The notes under the pieces: generated by a model
Seen by the model: only the letters and a program-made list of their open reading frames with translations
Told to the model about the DNA's origin: nothing
Database searches by the model: none
Shown here: positions 61,273 to 64,000 of the stretch, piece by piece
Layout: each line of letters starts with the position of its first letter
Numbering within the stretch: the stretch's first letter is position 1
Made by a program: the position numbers and the translations under genes
Source of the DNA: Anolis carolinensis
Lineage: Eukaryota
Reading direction: 5' to 3'
Length of the DNA: 64,000 nucleotides
Assembly (NCBI RefSeq): GCF_035594765.1
Contig: NW_026943825.1
Span: 14,376,590 to 14,440,589 of the forward strand

Positions 61273-61582
61273 AAGCAAGAAGGCTCTACCTTGTGTCTGG
61301 GAGATGGGATTTGTTGGAAGCCTCCTATTCAGGTAATAGCTAGGGCTGAACATGCTTAATTGCCAAAATAGGATTGGCTCTATATTTACGGTGTTTAGGC
61401 TTACTTGTAGTGAGCTTTACAGTTGTGCTAACATGCCTATCAATGATTTGCTCATTTGTAGCTTGGAATGTTACTATTAAGTCTGGATCCATAGAAATCT
61501 TTGGAATGTTATGTCCTACCTGTATAACCCAAGAAACCATTTTTGTCACCAAATTTCTCCAAACACCTTCTCGGTCTAGGAT

Positions 61583-61717
61583 AGTAGTCCTCAATCTGTG
61601 TATTCCCAAGTGTTTTGGCCTACAACTCCCAGAAATCCAAGCCAGTTTACCAGTTGTTAGGATTTTTGGGAGTTGAAGACCAAAACATCTGGGGACGCAC
61701 AGGTTGAGAACTACTGG
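61583..61717. mobile_element. Single palindromic hAT-type MITE of the family that seeds the intronic arrays
   Basis: TAGTAGTCCTCAATCTGTG...CACAGGTTGAGAACTACTG flanked by GTCTAGGA. Confidence 0.8.
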
Positions 61718-62884
61718 TCTAGGAGGACACCTTCAACATCTGTTGGAGCTTTTCCCATTTCAGATCCAATAGAGATCCTTTATTGCAACAGAAAACTATA
61801 TATTGGTCATTTCCACATTTTTCAAAAGTCCTTTCCTCTGCCCAAAATGGAAGAACGATACCCCCAAAATATTCTTATGACACCTAGAGACCATTTTGTA
61901 GATTTTGTAAACATAATAGACCTTTTCAGAGGCTCTCATGCCACAAAGTCCACCCTTCATGTAGATACATTAAGGTTCTTCTTATGTTCAATTTCAACTT
62001 CTGTCCTCAATGAAAAAGAAAACAAAACACTTCTTAGTAGTCTTGAGGGATTATTGGAAAAGGATATAGTATAAAGCATCTCTTGATAATAGTTTTGTTT
62101 GTCCCGCTTACCTTTGATGTGTTTGAGTGACACACCTCCCAAAATGTGTACACATGGAAGGTTCTTTAATGTCTTAATCTGTTTCCCAGAAACATAATAT
62201 GTTTTCAGTGCCCAGAAGTTATACGGGGTGACAGATCTGTTGCTAAGTTGGCTTGTTCCCACTACGTTGATTTAGGAACACAAGATGATATCCTAGATAA
62301 GAGCCAAAACACTAATTAAAGCCAAATTCTTCCCTAAACACAACATGTTCGCTGAAATCAACACATGAGTTGTCTGCACCCTTTTGGATGAGTGTAGAGA
62401 CATATAGCAAATCCATTCCCAATTGACACCCTAATATTAGTTTCGATCACATCTGAATCTCTAAAAAGACCGAAGATAGATTCACTGTAGAGTTGCCATA
62501 CGTTGGAGATGATTTCAAGGATCAAAGAGCAGAAATGAGTATTTGATGTGGGAGATGAGCATTTGATGTGGGCATCTTATCTACACGCCTAAAGCATGCA
62601 GTACAAATACATCTTTCCTTCCTTGTTTGTCCAAGTATTCTGCCCTTGTCAACAATTTTGGATAGCTTTTAAATGTTTCCTCCAACAGAAAATACAATCA
62701 ACAACCAACGGAAGCTGAAGACATCAAAGAGCAAGGTTTATCCCGGCCACAAAATACTTAAATGCTCATGACTATGCCAGTTACTCATGGAATATTATGC
62801 TTAAGGATGGCAAGAATTGGCTTTTCCCCACATTCACACTTCTTCATCTCTCATGCTGAAGACCATAATTGCTAATGCCTGTAC

Positions 62885-63221
62885 TGTCAGCTCTTGAAAG
62901 CTATAGGACTCGATGCAGGCTCACACAGGCAATTCCATGGAAACGCTTTATTGAAGACCTTCTTTTCAAGTTGAAAACAAAGCTAGAACTAACGTATTCC
63001 CACCAAACCCCGAGTATATTCACCTCCTACCTCCCTCCCTTTCCATATTCACACATATCTGTTATGTAGTCCTTTCCCAGGCTTGAAAACCCAGAGCAGG
63101 CCATAAAACCCATCCTCCTAGCAGATGGCCCTTATCATTTAGATTATCTCCCACCCCCCATTGATCTGACGGGATGTGGAGAGTTCAGCTGTTATGAGTG
63201 CTGGGTTTTCACATCCTGACA
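62885..63221 (-). mobile_element. Probable short solo LTR (337 bp)
   Basis: TGTCAG...CTGACA ends and flanks TGTAC / TGTGC. Absent from the paralogous block at about 40880-40930. Confidence 0.65.
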
Positions 63222-64000
63222 TGTGCACAACTTCATTTGGGTTCAAAGACATATGGGATTCCAAGTCTGACTTTCCCAGATTGATCCTACTTCCCATATT
63301 ATTAGCAATGGGGAACCATGGCACATTCTGACGACAATGATACTATCATTATCATTATAATCTTTATTTATATCCCACATTTTTTTGGAATTTGGTATGA
63401 TGCACAACCATTCAAAACATAGCTAAATATTGGCGTAATGCAAAAAGTAATAAAACTACCAATACAAGCTAATGAAATGCTGTCATCCAGTGAGTCAGTT
63501 ACAGTATGATAAACTAGGTTTACAATCCTATAAGTACTTAGCATCCACACTTGTAAACATGGTGCTATTGACACAACTGCAAATGCAGCCCCAAAACCCA
63601 CCTTAAAATCTGAATAACTGTACTAAGCATTGGAGTCCTATTGCATTGGCCAAGAGGGCACTGAGGGATAGTGCATACAGTTTCATCGCACTACACACAG
63701 TTGTGCTGAAGAGTTGTGACAGTATCTCATTCCATTTGTGACATCACTAGTAGGAAGACACTAGTGCTGAAGACATCATCTTGCAGTGCTTTGCTTTCCA
63801 ACACACCAACATCCTGACTCTTGGGACAGCTACATGGATTTTAAGATGGGTTTTTGGGCCGGAGGTGTCACAACCAGAGACTGAGTGACTGTGATTTTTC
63901 CTGAAATAACTGGTGATCACACAATTGTGTTTGGAAAAGACACAAGGTAGAGCCTTCTTGGTTTTTGGTCCCAGAAATCTCCTTCTGCTGGTGGTTCAGG

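Overview
Vertebrate (squamate, most likely Anolis lizard) genomic DNA covering part of a corneous beta-protein (CBP, 'beta-keratin') cluster, which is expected to lie in the epidermal differentiation complex. The species call rests on the repeat repertoire: Sauria SINE, AnolisSINE2-like SINE, CR1, L2, BovB/RTE, L1, Penelope-type palindromes, hAT and Tc1/mariner MITEs, and Helitrons. Six intact two-exon CBP genes are visible. Each has a TATA box, a short non-coding exon 1, one 5'-UTR intron, a single coding exon and a polyA signal. They are a divergent pair of Cys/Pro-headed genes (A1 minus 7562-7921, A2 plus 18040-18396) and four Gly-rich genes (D minus 21036-21548, B plus 33263-33769, C plus 44914-45432, E minus 56186-56674); the letters are my own labels. 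Most of the rest is nested transposon sequence and tandem repeats, with one 138-nt assembly gap. The most notable observations are: (1) a triplicated non-coding block with conserved TCF/LEF- and ETS-type motifs upstream of the Gly-rich genes (candidate duplicated enhancer); (2) mosaic coding sequences that point to patchwork gene conversion; (3) a Penelope-type palindrome with a core-mutated hammerhead-ribozyme motif in the 3' UTR of gene C; (4) the same MITE-derived ~103-bp tandem array in two paralogous introns, in opposite gene-relative orientation; (5) repeated LINE insertion at the same position of a mariner-MITE terminal repeat. All coordinates were read by eye and no database searches were run.
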